Assembly (NCBI GenBank): GCA_038882975.1
Contig: JAVZNE010000001.1
Location: forward strand, 1 to 64,000
Direction of reading: 5' to 3'
DNA length: 64,000 bases
From: Candidatus Bathyarchaeia archaeon
Lineage (GTDB): Archaea > Thermoproteota > Bathyarchaeia > Bathyarchaeales > Bathycorpusculaceae
A program made the position numbers and the translations under genes. The notes under the pieces were generated by a model. The model saw nothing but the letters and a program-made list of their open reading frames with translations, was not told where the DNA came from and ran no database searches. Below, piece after piece: positions 25,582 to 36,165 of the stretch; the first letter of the stretch is position 1; each line of letters opens with the position of its first letter.

Positions 25582-28053
25582 TCAGTCATACTCGCTTGTG
25601 AAGCTCAATTCCGGGTATTGCGGCACCCGTCTACCATCGCCTTTTTCGGGCAAAATCTCCAGCCTTAAGATTTTACATGTGCCAGCGATATCTTCCTTAT
25701 TCTGCTCGAGGATTCTTGCGTAGTCTTTCTTCCCAGCGTAAATTTTAACCAGCTTTATGGACGCGTTGAGGGGCTTCCGCTTTTCAGCCTTCTCTCTTCT
25801 TATTTCTGTTATAACTGTTATTAGCAAGTCGCCCTCTTTCTCCGCTCTCTCGTCGATTTTGCCTGCGTCTGCCTGGGGCCATTGAGTCTTGTGTATGCTC
25901 TTTACGCCTATATGTTCGGCGTACATGTGCTGGTAGATTTCCTCTGTTATGTGGGGTGTTATAGGCGCCAGCAATTGTAGTATGCGGTATAAAACCGTGT
26001 AAAGTGTGTATTGAGCAGCCCTTCTTTTGGCCTCGCCGTAGACTTCTGGCTTGTATAGGCGGTCTTTCACGGCCTCAATGTATTGGTCGCAGAAAATGTG
26101 CCAAGTGAAATTGCGTGTTTCTTCTAGTGCTATGTTGAATTGACATTTTTCAAGGGCTTCTGTAACTTGCCGCGTCAGCCTTTCAACCTTACTTAAAATC
26201 CACCTGTCCAACAATTGAAGCTCATAATCGCCGTTGCCGGGCTTGTAGTCGGCTAGTTGGTTGCCAACGAAGCGGGCGGCATTCCAAAGCTTTGTTAGGA
26301 AACGCCTGCCATACTCCACATCTGGCCATCGGAATGGAATGTCTGAGCCTGTGGCTCCGCCTCCAGCAGCCCACTGTCGAGCGGCGTCTGCCCCATACTT
26401 GTCTAGAACTTCTGGTGTCGCCACATAGTTTTTTAGGGATTTGCTCATTTTTCTGCCGTCGGCGCCCAAAACCATGCCATTGATTAGGCAGCTTTTGTAG
26501 GGCTTCTCATCGAACAGTGCTAAATGTCTAACCATAAGGTAGTAGGCCCATGTGCGGATGATGTCCACGCCTGAAGGATGCAAATCAGCTGGGAAAAGCC
26601 TCCTCCAGTCTTTGCGGTCAGGCCAGCCAGCGTGCACTGCGCATGATATGGATGAGTCCATCCACGTGTCCAGCACGTCGGTTTCTGGAGTAAACTCGCT
26701 GCATCCACATTTTGGACAAGCTTCTATTCTTGGCTTTTCAAGTTTTGGGTCTATGGGAGTCCAGCTTTCTTCGGCTAGAATGGTTTCTCCACATTTTTTG
26801 CAGTACCATATGGGTATGGGCGTGGCGAATATGCGTTGGCGGCTTATCACCCAGTCCCAGTCCAGCGAACGCGCCCAGTCTATTAGGCGATACTTCATAT
26901 AATCGGGGTACCAGACAACTTCGTGGGCTTCTTTCTCCACGCGGTCTGTTAGGATGCGGGTCTTCATGAACCACTGTTTGCGCTCCAAAATCTCTATTGG
27001 GGTCTCGCACCTTTGACATATGCCTATCTCCTGTCTGATAGGCTCGATTTTTTCTAAAAGCCCCTCAGCCTTCAAGTCTTCAACTATGGCTTTTTTAGCT
27101 TCTTCCACCGTTAAACCATTATATTTTCCGCCGTTCTCGTTTATCAGCCCGTTTTCCGTTAGGATTGTGATTACTGGCAAGTTATGCCTTTTAACGGTGC
27201 GGACGTCCTCCTTATCGCCATAAGTGCAAATCATAACAACGCCCGTGCCAAAAGACGGTTCAACGCCCTCGTCTGGAATTATTTCCACAACACGGTTTAC
27301 AATAGGCACTGTTATGCGTTTTCCGATGTATTTCGTGTAGCGGGTGTCTGTTGGGTTTACCGCTACGGCTACGCATGCCGGTATAAATTCTGGGCGGGTT
27401 GTGGCTATTAGAAGGTGTCCGCTGCCATCAGCTAATGGAAAACGTATATAGTGGAGTTTGCCCTCCCGCTCCTCATATTCCACCTCAGCATCCGCGATGG
27501 CGGTTTCACACCTTGGACACCAGTTGACCGGATGCGTTCCTTGATAAATGAAGCCTTTGCGATACAGAATTATGAAGCTTAGCTGGGTTTTACGCCAATA
27601 ATTCGGGTCCATAGTGCGATATTCTGTTGTCCAGTCAACGCTGCATCCAAGCCTTACTATGCCTTCCTTCATCATCGCAATATACTTTTCAACTAGCCGC
27701 ATGCATAAACTGCGAAACTTGTCTGGCGGGAGGTCTCGCTTGCGAATGTTATGCTCCCTTTCCACTTGAACCTCTATGCCTAAGCCGTGGCAGTCCCATC
27801 CCTGCGGAAAATAGACGTTATAGCCCCTCATGCGCTTGTATCTGGCAACTATGTCGAAGTAGGTCCAGTTTAGGACGTTTCCCATGTGGAACTCGCCGGA
27901 AGGATAAGGCGGTGGAGTGTCTATGCTGAAAACTGGACGCTTATTGTCTTCCCAGTTAAAATGGTATATGCCCCAGTCTTCCCAAAGCTTCTGCCACTTC
28001 CGCTCAACAGCCAATACGTCAAACTCTTTGGGCAAAGGCTTCATACTAGACAT
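25582..28053 (-). CDS. valS: Valine--tRNA ligase
   Basis: IDTPPPYPSGEFHMGN, KMSKS and WVISRQR motifs. Confidence 0.96.
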   Translation of the reverse strand: MSSMKPLPKEFDVLAVERKWQKLWEDWGIYHFNWEDNKRPVFSIDTPPPYPSGEFHMGNVLNWTYFDIVARYKRMRGYNVYFPQGWDCHGLGIEVQVEREHNIRKRDLPPDKFRSLCMRLVEKYIAMMKEGIVRLGCSVDWTTEYRTMDPNYWRKTQLSFIILYRKGFIYQGTHPVNWCPRCETAIADAEVEYEEREGKLHYIRFPLADGSGHLLIATTRPEFIPACVAVAVNPTDTRYTKYIGKRITVPIVNRVVEIIPDEGVEPSFGTGVVMICTYGDKEDVRTVKRHNLPVITILTENGLINENGGKYNGLTVEEAKKAIVEDLKAEGLLEKIEPIRQEIGICQRCETPIEILERKQWFMKTRILTDRVEKEAHEVVWYPDYMKYRLIDWARSLDWDWVISRQRIFATPIPIWYCKKCGETILAEESWTPIDPKLEKPRIEACPKCGCSEFTPETDVLDTWMDSSISCAVHAGWPDRKDWRRLFPADLHPSGVDIIRTWAYYLMVRHLALFDEKPYKSCLINGMVLGADGRKMSKSLKNYVATPEVLDKYGADAARQWAAGGGATGSDIPFRWPDVEYGRRFLTKLWNAARFVGNQLADYKPGNGDYELQLLDRWILSKVERLTRQVTEALEKCQFNIALEETRNFTWHIFCDQYIEAVKDRLYKPEVYGEAKRRAAQYTLYTVLYRILQLLAPITPHITEEIYQHMYAEHIGVKSIHKTQWPQADAGKIDERAEKEGDLLITVITEIRREKAEKRKPLNASIKLVKIYAGKKDYARILEQNKEDIAGTCKILRLEILPEKGDGRRVPQYPELSFTSEYD

Positions 28054-28104
28054 CCTAACAAACTTCGACTTTAGGAAAGATAAATATACAAGTACATAAC
28101 AATT

Positions 28105-28216
28105 ACTCCGCTCAAGGGTTTAGGGGAGCTGGGCGGTGACCCGGCTGAGAGGACGGCTGAGCGCCGTCGACCCTCAGAACCTGATCCGGGTAATGCCGGC
28201 GGAGGGAAAATGGAGT
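28105..28216 (+). ncRNA. TPP riboswitch upstream of thiC
   Basis: GGGG.GC...GCTGAGA...GACCC.AGAACCTGATCCGGGTAATGCCGGCGGAGGGAA consensus; ACTCC/GGAGT closing stem. Confidence 0.9.
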
Positions 28217-28285
28217 GAACAGAGGTGCCTTCAAACTTCTCTAAACAAAAAATAACGATCTATTCTGGTTTCTGGAGGGTTTTGA

Positions 28286-29587
28286 TTGACAACGCAGATG
28301 GAGGCAGCTAGGAGAGGGCAAATAACTGAGGAAATGCGGATAGTTGCAGAGGACGAAGGCGAATCTCCCCAAGCCCTTTGCCAGCGCATAGCACAGGGCA
28401 CTGTCATAATAACTCGCAACATTAAACGAGGAAACGTTCACCCGGTGGGGATTGGCAAAGGCTTACGCACAAAGGTTAACGCCAACATTGGCACAAGCCC
28501 AGACCTATGTGACCTAAACTTGGAGGTTGAGAAGGCTAGGGTTGCCGTCAAATATGGCGCCGACACCATCATGGATTTAAGCACCGCTGGCGACTTGGAC
28601 GAAATAAGAAGAGACATAATCAAGGCTGTAAATGTGCCCATTGGAACAGTGCCGATTTATCAGGCAGCAGTAGAGGTCGCAAAAAAGAAGGGAGCAATAA
28701 TCCACATGACGGAAGACGACATATTCAACACCATAGAGAAGCACGCCAAAGACGGCGTTGACTTCATGACTGTGCACTGCGGCGTCACACAGCAAATAGT
28801 CAAAAAACTCGCGAAGCACCCTAGACTCATGGGAGTTGTAAGCCGTGGCGGAACATTCCTAGCCGCTTGGATACTCCACCACAACAAAGAAAACCCATTA
28901 TACGCCAACTACGACTACCTTCTGGAACTAGCCAAAAAATACGATTTTGCCCTAAGCCTAGGAGACGGCTTAAGGCCGGGCTGCATATTTGACTCCACAG
29001 ACTGGGCTCAAATTCAAGAGCTGCTAACAATCGGAGAGCTTGTAGAAAGGGCGAGAGACGCAAACGTTCAAGTCATGGTGGAGGGGCCCGGCCATCTGCC
29101 ATTAAACGATGTGGCTGCCAACGTTCAGCTTGAAAAATCCATATGTAAGGATGCACCCTTCTACGTGCTTGGTCCAGTTGTCACCGAGATAGCGCCTGGA
29201 TACGACCACATTGTTGGGGCTATAGGCGGAGCATTGGCTGGTTTGGCAGGCGCCGACTTCCTATGCTACTTGACACCAGCGGAGCATCTAGGACTGCCAA
29301 GCCTAGAAGATGTTAAAGAGGGCGTTATAGCCACAAAAATTGCTGCCCATGCCGCTGACATTGCGAAGCTTGGAGCAAAAGCCGCCGCACAAGACTTAGC
29401 CATGGCGAAAGCTAGGGCGAATCTCGACTGGAGGGGGCAGTTTGAAAATGCCATAGACCCAGAAAAAGCAAAAAAGGTTCATGGACGTGTAAAGCCGAAA
29501 AGTCCAGAGACATGCTCCATGTGCTCGGAATACTGCGCCATAAAAATCTTGAGGGAAGCCTTGAAAGCGGAGGGACAATGCCTATGA
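28286..29587 (+). CDS. thiC: Phosphomethylpyrimidine synthase
   Basis: KVNANIGTS, SRGG, GDGLRPG, EGPGH and CSMCSEYC motifs. Confidence 0.96.
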   Translation: MTTQMEAARRGQITEEMRIVAEDEGESPQALCQRIAQGTVIITRNIKRGNVHPVGIGKGLRTKVNANIGTSPDLCDLNLEVEKARVAVKYGADTIMDLSTAGDLDEIRRDIIKAVNVPIGTVPIYQAAVEVAKKKGAIIHMTEDDIFNTIEKHAKDGVDFMTVHCGVTQQIVKKLAKHPRLMGVVSRGGTFLAAWILHHNKENPLYANYDYLLELAKKYDFALSLGDGLRPGCIFDSTDWAQIQELLTIGELVERARDANVQVMVEGPGHLPLNDVAANVQLEKSICKDAPFYVLGPVVTEIAPGYDHIVGAIGGALAGLAGADFLCYLTPAEHLGLPSLEDVKEGVIATKIAAHAADIAKLGAKAAAQDLAMAKARANLDWRGQFENAIDPEKAKKVHGRVKPKSPETCSMCSEYCAIKILREALKAEGQCL

Positions 29588-30945
29588 AAAGCCGAATTCC
29601 AGTGGCAATAACAATTGCTGGAAGCGACTCTGGCGGCGGCGCCGGAATTCAAGCAGACTTAAAAACTTTTGCAGCTTTAGGTGTTCATGGAACAGTCGCT
29701 ATCACGTCTATCACAGCTCAAAACACTTATGCTGTCAGGGCTGTTCAAGACTTAAAGCCAGAGATCATCAGTGAGCAGATTAGAGCTGTGGCTGAAGATT
29801 TTGGGGTTGATGCTGGAAAGACTGGCATGCTCCACACGGATGAAATCATAAAGGCTGTGGCTTCAGAAGTCTCCAAATACAATTTTCCACTAGTTGTGGA
29901 CCCGGTGATGGTGGCGAAGTCTGGTGCACCACTGCTAAAACCCGAAGTCATAAACGCCCTAAAAGAGCATTTGCTTCCCTTGGCGACCGTCGTTACCCCC
30001 AACAAGTTTGAGGCTGAAAGGCTCTCCGACATTGAGATAAAAAGCCTAAGGGAAGCTGAAAATGCCGCCAAGAAAATCTCAGAGATGGGACCTGAAGCTG
30101 TTGTGGTTAAGGGCGGACACATCGAAGGCGCAGAGGTAACAGACATCCTCTACTATAAAGGTAAGTTCCGGCGTTTCACATTGCCTAGACTAGATGAAAA
30201 AACCACACATGGAACTGGATGCAGCTTCTCAGCAGCCATAGCCGCCGGACTCGCCAAAAAATTGACTGTTCCGGAAGCTGTTGAAAAAGCCAAAAACTTT
30301 GTGGCTTTAAGTATAAAGTTTGGTTTAAAAATTGGGAAGGGTTACGGTCCAGTTAATCCTATGGCTTATCTTTATCGCGAAGCCTCGAGATATGAGGTTT
30401 TGCTCAACTTGGAGGAAGCCAAGAACCTTTTGGAGATGCATCCAGAGGTTGCAGAACTCATTCCAGAAGTGGGCATGAATGTTGCCATGGCTGTCAGATA
30501 TGCTGAAAGTGTTAATGATGTTGCCGCCATAGACGGAAGAATCGTCAGAACATCAAGCGGTGTTAAGGCTGCCGGAAACCCGAAATTTGGGTGTTCCCGC
30601 CACCTTGCCAAGTATTTAGTTGAAATTGTTAGGCACGATGAGGATAAGAGGGCTGCAATAAACCTAAAGTTTTCAGAGGAAACCTTGAAAATTTTGGAGA
30701 AACGCGGTTTAACTGTATCCTTTTATGACCGCTCAAAAGAGCCTGAAGAAATCAAGAGGGTTGAGGGTATGACCATACCTTGGGGCGTGAAAGAAGCCAT
30801 AAAAAATGTTGGAAAAGTACCAGATGTGATATATCATAGGGGCGACGTTGGGAAGGAGCCCATGATAGTTGTCTTTGGTAGGGACGCCCTTTCCTTGGCT
30901 AAAATGGTCGTGGAAATTGCTGGAGGGAAAAAGGGCGATGCATAG
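29578..30945 (+). CDS. thiDN: HMP/HMP-P kinase fused to ThiN thiamine-phosphate synthase
   Basis: IAGSDSGGGAGIQADLK, HGTGC, and a C-terminal IPEVGMN...GKEPM ThiN domain. Confidence 0.92.
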   Translation: MPMKSRIPVAITIAGSDSGGGAGIQADLKTFAALGVHGTVAITSITAQNTYAVRAVQDLKPEIISEQIRAVAEDFGVDAGKTGMLHTDEIIKAVASEVSKYNFPLVVDPVMVAKSGAPLLKPEVINALKEHLLPLATVVTPNKFEAERLSDIEIKSLREAENAAKKISEMGPEAVVVKGGHIEGAEVTDILYYKGKFRRFTLPRLDEKTTHGTGCSFSAAIAAGLAKKLTVPEAVEKAKNFVALSIKFGLKIGKGYGPVNPMAYLYREASRYEVLLNLEEAKNLLEMHPEVAELIPEVGMNVAMAVRYAESVNDVAAIDGRIVRTSSGVKAAGNPKFGCSRHLAKYLVEIVRHDEDKRAAINLKFSEETLKILEKRGLTVSFYDRSKEPEEIKRVEGMTIPWGVKEAIKNVGKVPDVIYHRGDVGKEPMIVVFGRDALSLAKMVVEIAGGKKGDA

Positions 30946-31157
30946 GTCATATTTGACGTTTAAGCCAGTTTCTAGCCCATTTTCGCAAGCACTCTTCAGA
31001 GCAGAAAACGTAAAGCTTGTTCACACAACATGTTTTACGCATAACCGGTTTTCCGGTTATGATTTTTCCGCAGACTTGGCATCGCATGTTTGGCTACCTA
31101 ACGAGGAAATGGTTTTAAGCTGTATAAAGCTCTTCCTAAAGGCTGGAGGCATAATCA

Positions 31158-31964
31158 ATGACTGAGAAGATTAGGGAGGTTGAGGAGGAAGTCATAACAA
31201 GGGCGATAATTCGGAAAGCTATGGAAGACTGGATAGACTTGGCTGAAACAGACGTTGTCGTTGTTGGGGCTGGTCCTTCCGGTTTGACGGCGGCAAGACA
31301 CTTGGCAAAGGCTGGATTGAAAACTGTTGTTTTTGAGAGGAAGCTCTCTTTTGGCGGCGGAATAGGCGGCGGAGGCATGCAGTTCCACAAAATTGTTGTG
31401 CAATCGCCTGCAGACAAGATTCTCCGGGAAGTGGGCTGCAAACTTGAGCCATTAGAGAAGGGACTCTTCATTGTGGACACGGCTGACATGATTGCGAAGC
31501 TGGCTTGCGGAACCATCGACGCTGGAGCAAAGATAATTTTAGGCGTAACTGTTGACGACCTAATATACCGTGACCCACCCACAAGGATTGTTGGCGTCGT
31601 CGTCCAGTGGACATCTGTTATTATGGCTGGCATTCATGTTGACCCTTTGGCTGTTAAGGCTAAGGCTGTTATTGACTGCACTGGTCATGATGCGGAGGTT
31701 CTCGCGGTAGCCTCTAGAAAGATCCCAGAGCTGGGAATCACCATCCAAGGCGAGAAGTCTATGTGGTCTTCCCGCGCCGAAGAGCTGACGGTTAAAAACA
31801 CTAGGGAGATTTGTCCGGGACTTTTTGCCGCAGGCATGGCTGTAGCCGCCATAGACCAGGCGCCACGTATGGGACCAATATTTGGCGGCATGCTCCTTAG
31901 CGGCGTGAAGGTGGCACAGCTGGTTATAGAGAAGCTTAAGAGTAGGGCGCCTAAATCTTCATGA
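31158..31964 (+). CDS. thi4: Thiazole synthase (Thi4 family)
   Basis: [18 protein letters not shown] and [14 protein letters not shown] motifs. Confidence 0.93.
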   Translation: MTEKIREVEEEVITRAIIRKAMEDWIDLAETDVVVVGAGPSGLTAARHLAKAGLKTVVFERKLSFGGGIGGGGMQFHKIVVQSPADKILREVGCKLEPLEKGLFIVDTADMIAKLACGTIDAGAKIILGVTVDDLIYRDPPTRIVGVVVQWTSVIMAGIHVDPLAVKAKAVIDCTGHDAEVLAVASRKIPELGITIQGEKSMWSSRAEELTVKNTREICPGLFAAGMAVAAIDQAPRMGPIFGGMLLSGVKVAQLVIEKLKSRAPKSS

Positions 31965-32080
31965 ACTTTTGCAGCATCTGTAAAAGAAAAGTCGCAAACT
32001 ACACTTGCCGAAGATGTGGCAAGCGCGTCTGCGAAGACTGCTATTTCCATCACGGAATTTGCATTGAATGTGCTAGGCTT

Positions 32081-32854
32081 TTAGGAAAGTAATATCCTTT
32101 CAGGAGCATTGTAGACGTTCATCCGCCATCCACGAACAAAACCTATCAGCGTTAAGTTCGTCTTTTTGGCGATTTCTATGCCGGAATCCAGCGCCACGGC
32201 TAATGAGGCAATGATGGGTATGCCAACCCTTGCAGCTTTTAAGACTATGTCTGCTGTTAGCCTACCACTTAGGGTTATCAAACACTCATTGAAAGCCATC
32301 TTTTGTAAGGCGCATTTTCCTATCGCCTTGTCCACTGCGTTGTGGCGTCCAACATCCTCGGCGAAAGCCAAAAGGGTTCCATCAGTCTTGTAAATGGCGG
32401 CTGCATGCACTCCATGCGTTTTTCTGTAAGTTTCTGCTAGGCAGTTTAGTTTATTTACGCAGCTTTGAATCGTTTCAGCTTTAACGGTTGTCTTTGTGTC
32501 GATCTTCTTTAGGGTTTTTAGGGCATGGGGCTGATAGGGTCCTCCGCATGCTGATGGAATTATTAAAGAGAACCGCTCCACAAGTTTTAGGCGAATTTTT
32601 AGGTTTATATTTGGTTTCAGGTTTATGTAGCACTTGTCCTTTTTGATGGTTATTTTTTCGATTTCTTCAACAGTTTTAATTATGCCCTCTGCAAGTAGGT
32701 GTCCAACAGCCAGCTCCTTGAGGTCTTTCGGGGTGCACATTATTGTGGAGTAGTGTCTTTTGTTTAAGAATATGTGGATGTGCTTTTCTTCAGCCACATA
32801 CTCTTCGGTTTTCTCAAGTTTCTTGGCTTCCATATCAATTTTGACTATCGCCAC
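32081..32854 (-). CDS. fdhD: Formate dehydrogenase accessory sulfurtransferase
   Basis: EDVGRHNAVDKAIG and SGR motifs. Confidence 0.92.
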   Translation of the reverse strand: MAIVKIDMEAKKLEKTEEYVAEEKHIHIFLNKRHYSTIMCTPKDLKELAVGHLLAEGIIKTVEEIEKITIKKDKCYINLKPNINLKIRLKLVERFSLIIPSACGGPYQPHALKTLKKIDTKTTVKAETIQSCVNKLNCLAETYRKTHGVHAAAIYKTDGTLLAFAEDVGRHNAVDKAIGKCALQKMAFNECLITLSGRLTADIVLKAARVGIPIIASLAVALDSGIEIAKKTNLTLIGFVRGWRMNVYNAPERILLS

Positions 32855-32877
32855 CTTTGCTAAATTGGATACCCCCT

Positions 32878-33756
32878 CTATTTTTTCAGCTCCGAAAGCA
32901 CAAAATTGACTATCTCATCTGCAATGTTGACCTGCGTGACGGACTGCAAGCCACGCCATCCAGGTTGGCTGTTAACCTCCACCACTAGTGGACCTTTTGC
33001 GCTTTCTAGGATGTCCACTCCTGCAATTTTGCATTTTATCAGTTGGGCAGACCTTATGGCTAATTCCTCAAGCTGGCTGTCAAGTTTTATTGGTTCTGGG
33101 CGGGCTCCTTGGCTGTAATTAGTTTTCCAGCTTTGGGCGACACGGCGCATGGCGGCGACCACATGGTCGCCTATAACGAAGGCGCGAATGTCAGAATATC
33201 CATGAGGCACAAACTCCTGAATGTAAATTACGCCATGATAGAAAGTTACAGCTCTAAAGGCTGTGTAAGCTACTTCTGGGTCGTTTATGCGTGTTGAGCC
33301 AATCCCCCTAGAGCCGAAAATGGGCTTTAAAACAACGTCTCCGCCAAGCTCATGAAAAGCCTTCAAGGCTTCATCAACATCCTCAGTAACAGCGGTTCGC
33401 GGCACTGGTATGCCAGCATCCTCCAAAATCGCCAGCAAATCGTACTTGTCAACGCAATGCTCGATGGCTTCTGGCGGGTTTATAACGTAGAAGCCGAGCC
33501 TTTCAAGCCGATACAGCAGGTCCATGCGGAAAACAATCTCCTCCAAAGAGCCGCGCCCAATTGGACGAATTATTAGGGCGTCCAAGTCTTTCAAGACATC
33601 GACGCTGCGCACGTTTAGGTAGGGCCTATAACCAACACGCGCAACAAGCCACGGAAAGCTGAAACAGACATGGGGAATTTTGCGCTTTGACAATGCCTCA
33701 CGAAGCTGAGCTGAACTATAAGCGTTTGGGTTTCGCGTGACTATGCCAATTTTCAA
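32878..33756 (-). CDS. RimK-family alpha-L-glutamate ligase (MptN/Orf5-like)
   Basis: ATP-grasp motifs KPIFGSRGIG, YIQEFV and EVNSQPGW. Confidence 0.88.
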   Translation of the reverse strand: MKIGIVTRNPNAYSSAQLREALSKRKIPHVCFSFPWLVARVGYRPYLNVRSVDVLKDLDALIIRPIGRGSLEEIVFRMDLLYRLERLGFYVINPPEAIEHCVDKYDLLAILEDAGIPVPRTAVTEDVDEALKAFHELGGDVVLKPIFGSRGIGSTRINDPEVAYTAFRAVTFYHGVIYIQEFVPHGYSDIRAFVIGDHVVAAMRRVAQSWKTNYSQGARPEPIKLDSQLEELAIRSAQLIKCKIAGVDILESAKGPLVVEVNSQPGWRGLQSVTQVNIADEIVNFVLSELKK

Positions 33757-33832
33757 TTTTATCCGTCCTAGTCAGCCTTGCCATGAAATCCTCCTTGGCT
33801 AGGTTCTTAAAAGTTTCCCACACTATAAAATC

Positions 33833-34765
33833 CTAGAATTTATGAATGTTTTTCATGAGTTCTCCTAAGTTTTGTGGTTTTTGAGAAAGTTCCAGCTTCA
33901 AGTATGCACCATGCTGATTATAGTATGGCGGCCCCTTTCTTGAGAAGAGTGTTAAAACTTTTCCGTTGTGTTCTATTTTGTAGCCCTCTTCGCATGGCTC
34001 GTGTCCCCTTATCAGAAATTTAACGCCAAAATTTTGCAGAACAGTGTCGGTCACTTTTTGTCCGAAGAGTTTTCCCGCGCCGCGGGGCGATGCGCATGTT
34101 TCGCTTATGGCGTTTGTTGGGTCGCTCCAAAGTAGGTCCTCCAGTAGGCTTTCTTTAGGGTGTCTCTCGTGGGCGTAGGCTAAATCTTCAAGGCTTCTTG
34201 CCTGCGGTGGCAGGCCACCGTGAACCATCAGGTAGCGTTCCTCAACAACCACAGCGTTATATAAGCATTTGAAAAGTTTGAAGGTTTCCTTGTAGGCTTC
34301 TTGCCACGAGTTGCCAAATTTTGCTTGGAACTGCCATGGCAGGTCGTGGGGCGAAGCCAAAAGGTCTTCTGGCCCCTCATGGTTTCCCCTCATTAGGATT
34401 ATCTGCCTTGGAAAATGCAGCTTAAGCTTTAAGATTATGTAGTAGACCTCGGCGGATAATGGTCCTCTGTCCCCATAATCGCCTAGAAAAATCATGGCTG
34501 TGTTTGCGTTTTGGTTTAGCTTGATTAGGAAATTGCTTCTGGTTAAGATTTCTATTAGGCTTTCTAAGTCGCCGTGCAAATCCCCAACAACCAACGCCTC
34601 GCCAACTGGCAAAAGCTTAACAAGCCTCCCTAAAACCTCAAAATTACCCATTTTACCATTTTCTTTACAAATTAGCTCCCTAGCCTCTTGGACAACACGG
34701 CAGAAATCTTCAGCTGAAGCTTCGAAGGCTTCTTTGACTATTTGTTTAAGGTTTAGCTCTTGCAA
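33833..34765 (-). CDS. PPP-family Ser/Thr protein phosphatase
   Basis: GDLHG, GDYGDRG, RGNHE, HGG, LLWSDP and IRGHE motifs. Confidence 0.9.
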   Translation of the reverse strand: MQELNLKQIVKEAFEASAEDFCRVVQEARELICKENGKMGNFEVLGRLVKLLPVGEALVVGDLHGDLESLIEILTRSNFLIKLNQNANTAMIFLGDYGDRGPLSAEVYYIILKLKLHFPRQIILMRGNHEGPEDLLASPHDLPWQFQAKFGNSWQEAYKETFKLFKCLYNAVVVEERYLMVHGGLPPQARSLEDLAYAHERHPKESLLEDLLWSDPTNAISETCASPRGAGKLFGQKVTDTVLQNFGVKFLIRGHEPCEEGYKIEHNGKVLTLFSRKGPPYYNQHGAYLKLELSQKPQNLGELMKNIHKF

Positions 34766-34775
34766 AATCGCTTCC

Positions 34776-36032
34776 TCAAACTTCTATGGCTATTTCAACT
34801 TTTTTCCCAGAAAAGTTTAGGATGTTCCTCTCCATGCGACTTTTATACTCAAGAACTTTTGCGGCGACATCCTTTAAGCCTTTTTCAGCTGCATCCATTT
34901 CAGCTTCTAAGTTTTCAGCCTTCTTCTTCAGCCTATCCATATGCTCTTTTAGTTTTGCCATTTCACTTTTGGCTTCAGTCAGAGTTGAGGATGCCGAAAG
35001 TTTGGCTTTACGCTGATGGGCTTCCACACATTTTTGATGCAAGCTTGCAAGTGAATCCTTACTGAGAATTTCTTCTATGGCTTGTCTTGCTTTACGCTCT
35101 TTATCCGGCTTAAGTTTGAGCTTGTCATCCGCCATAAGCCTCAGGGTTTTCTGCAAAATCTGCCTTAAAAGCGGATAACCCACATTTTCCATGGCTAAAG
35201 CCTCAAAAGAATCTTCCAAATACTGGTTAAGCTTTTTCAACTCTTCTGGTGTCAAGCCGCTTCCCTCACCGTGAGAAGCCAATGACTGAAGCTTTATGAG
35301 GGGCTTTTGAAGGTGCCTTAGGCAATATTCAACTTCTCTTCTTAAGCCGTTTATTGCTTTGTCCAACTCTGCCAAGTGGCTTAAACCGCCACTTTCCTCA
35401 AGTTCAAAGATTCTCCGTTGAACGCTAACTAATTCTTCCTCAATTTTCCCCCGTTCAGCTTCAACCCTCTTCCTCTTCTCTTTTAGGTTTGCCGCTTGCT
35501 CCTTCAATCTATTAACATCATCTATAAGCTGGAAGGTTTCCTCTAAGGCTTTAGCTTTAACATACTCTTTTGTTAGAAACTCGTTAAGCTCCTTGAGTGA
35601 GCCTTTAGCACCTTCAAAAGCCCTTAAGAATCTGCCTCTATCCATTATGAAGAAGGGCGAAATCCTTGGAAACCAGTTTCTCACGTCAACATCCGTGACG
35701 GCGTAAGCCTTCTGGGCTGTGTTAACAAAACCTTCAACGTCCTTAAAGGATGGCTTATCGGGAACCCTAATCGGCTGCATCCTTTCGAGGAAAATTTTGG
35801 CAAGCTTGTTTAGGGCTTGAGCCCTCTTAAAAGTGCGCATATTACGCTTCTCAATCTCTTTACGGCTGCTCTCTAAAAGCATACGGCAAGCATCAACCAA
35901 ACCTTGATGGGCTTCTCGCACCTCGCTGAGAAGCCTCTCAGCCTTGGCATGCACCGGACCGAGAACAGCGCTAGTTTCGCCCTCGAGCCAGCCCCTAAGC
36001 TCATTGAAAGCGATTTTAAGGCTTGTTGACAA
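34776..36032 (-). CDS. Long coiled-coil hypothetical protein
   Basis: Heptad-rich; start trimmed to the TTG at 36032. Confidence 0.7.
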   Translation of the reverse strand: MSTSLKIAFNELRGWLEGETSAVLGPVHAKAERLLSEVREAHQGLVDACRMLLESSRKEIEKRNMRTFKRAQALNKLAKIFLERMQPIRVPDKPSFKDVEGFVNTAQKAYAVTDVDVRNWFPRISPFFIMDRGRFLRAFEGAKGSLKELNEFLTKEYVKAKALEETFQLIDDVNRLKEQAANLKEKRKRVEAERGKIEEELVSVQRRIFELEESGGLSHLAELDKAINGLRREVEYCLRHLQKPLIKLQSLASHGEGSGLTPEELKKLNQYLEDSFEALAMENVGYPLLRQILQKTLRLMADDKLKLKPDKERKARQAIEEILSKDSLASLHQKCVEAHQRKAKLSASSTLTEAKSEMAKLKEHMDRLKKKAENLEAEMDAAEKGLKDVAAKVLEYKSRMERNILNFSGKKVEIAIEV

Positions 36033-36165
36033 AGCTTCTCCCAAATAAAGATAGACAAAAGCCATATTAATCTTTAAAGTTAAAAATGTACTTATTTTTA
36101 AGTAGCTACTCTTAAATAATAATTGCGAAGATTCTCGTAACGGAAGGGGCAAGGAGCAGCAAACA

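Noticed and set aside
30869-31165. 98-aa ORF between thiDN and thi4
   Set aside because: It overlaps both neighbours and has no motif; probably intergenic.
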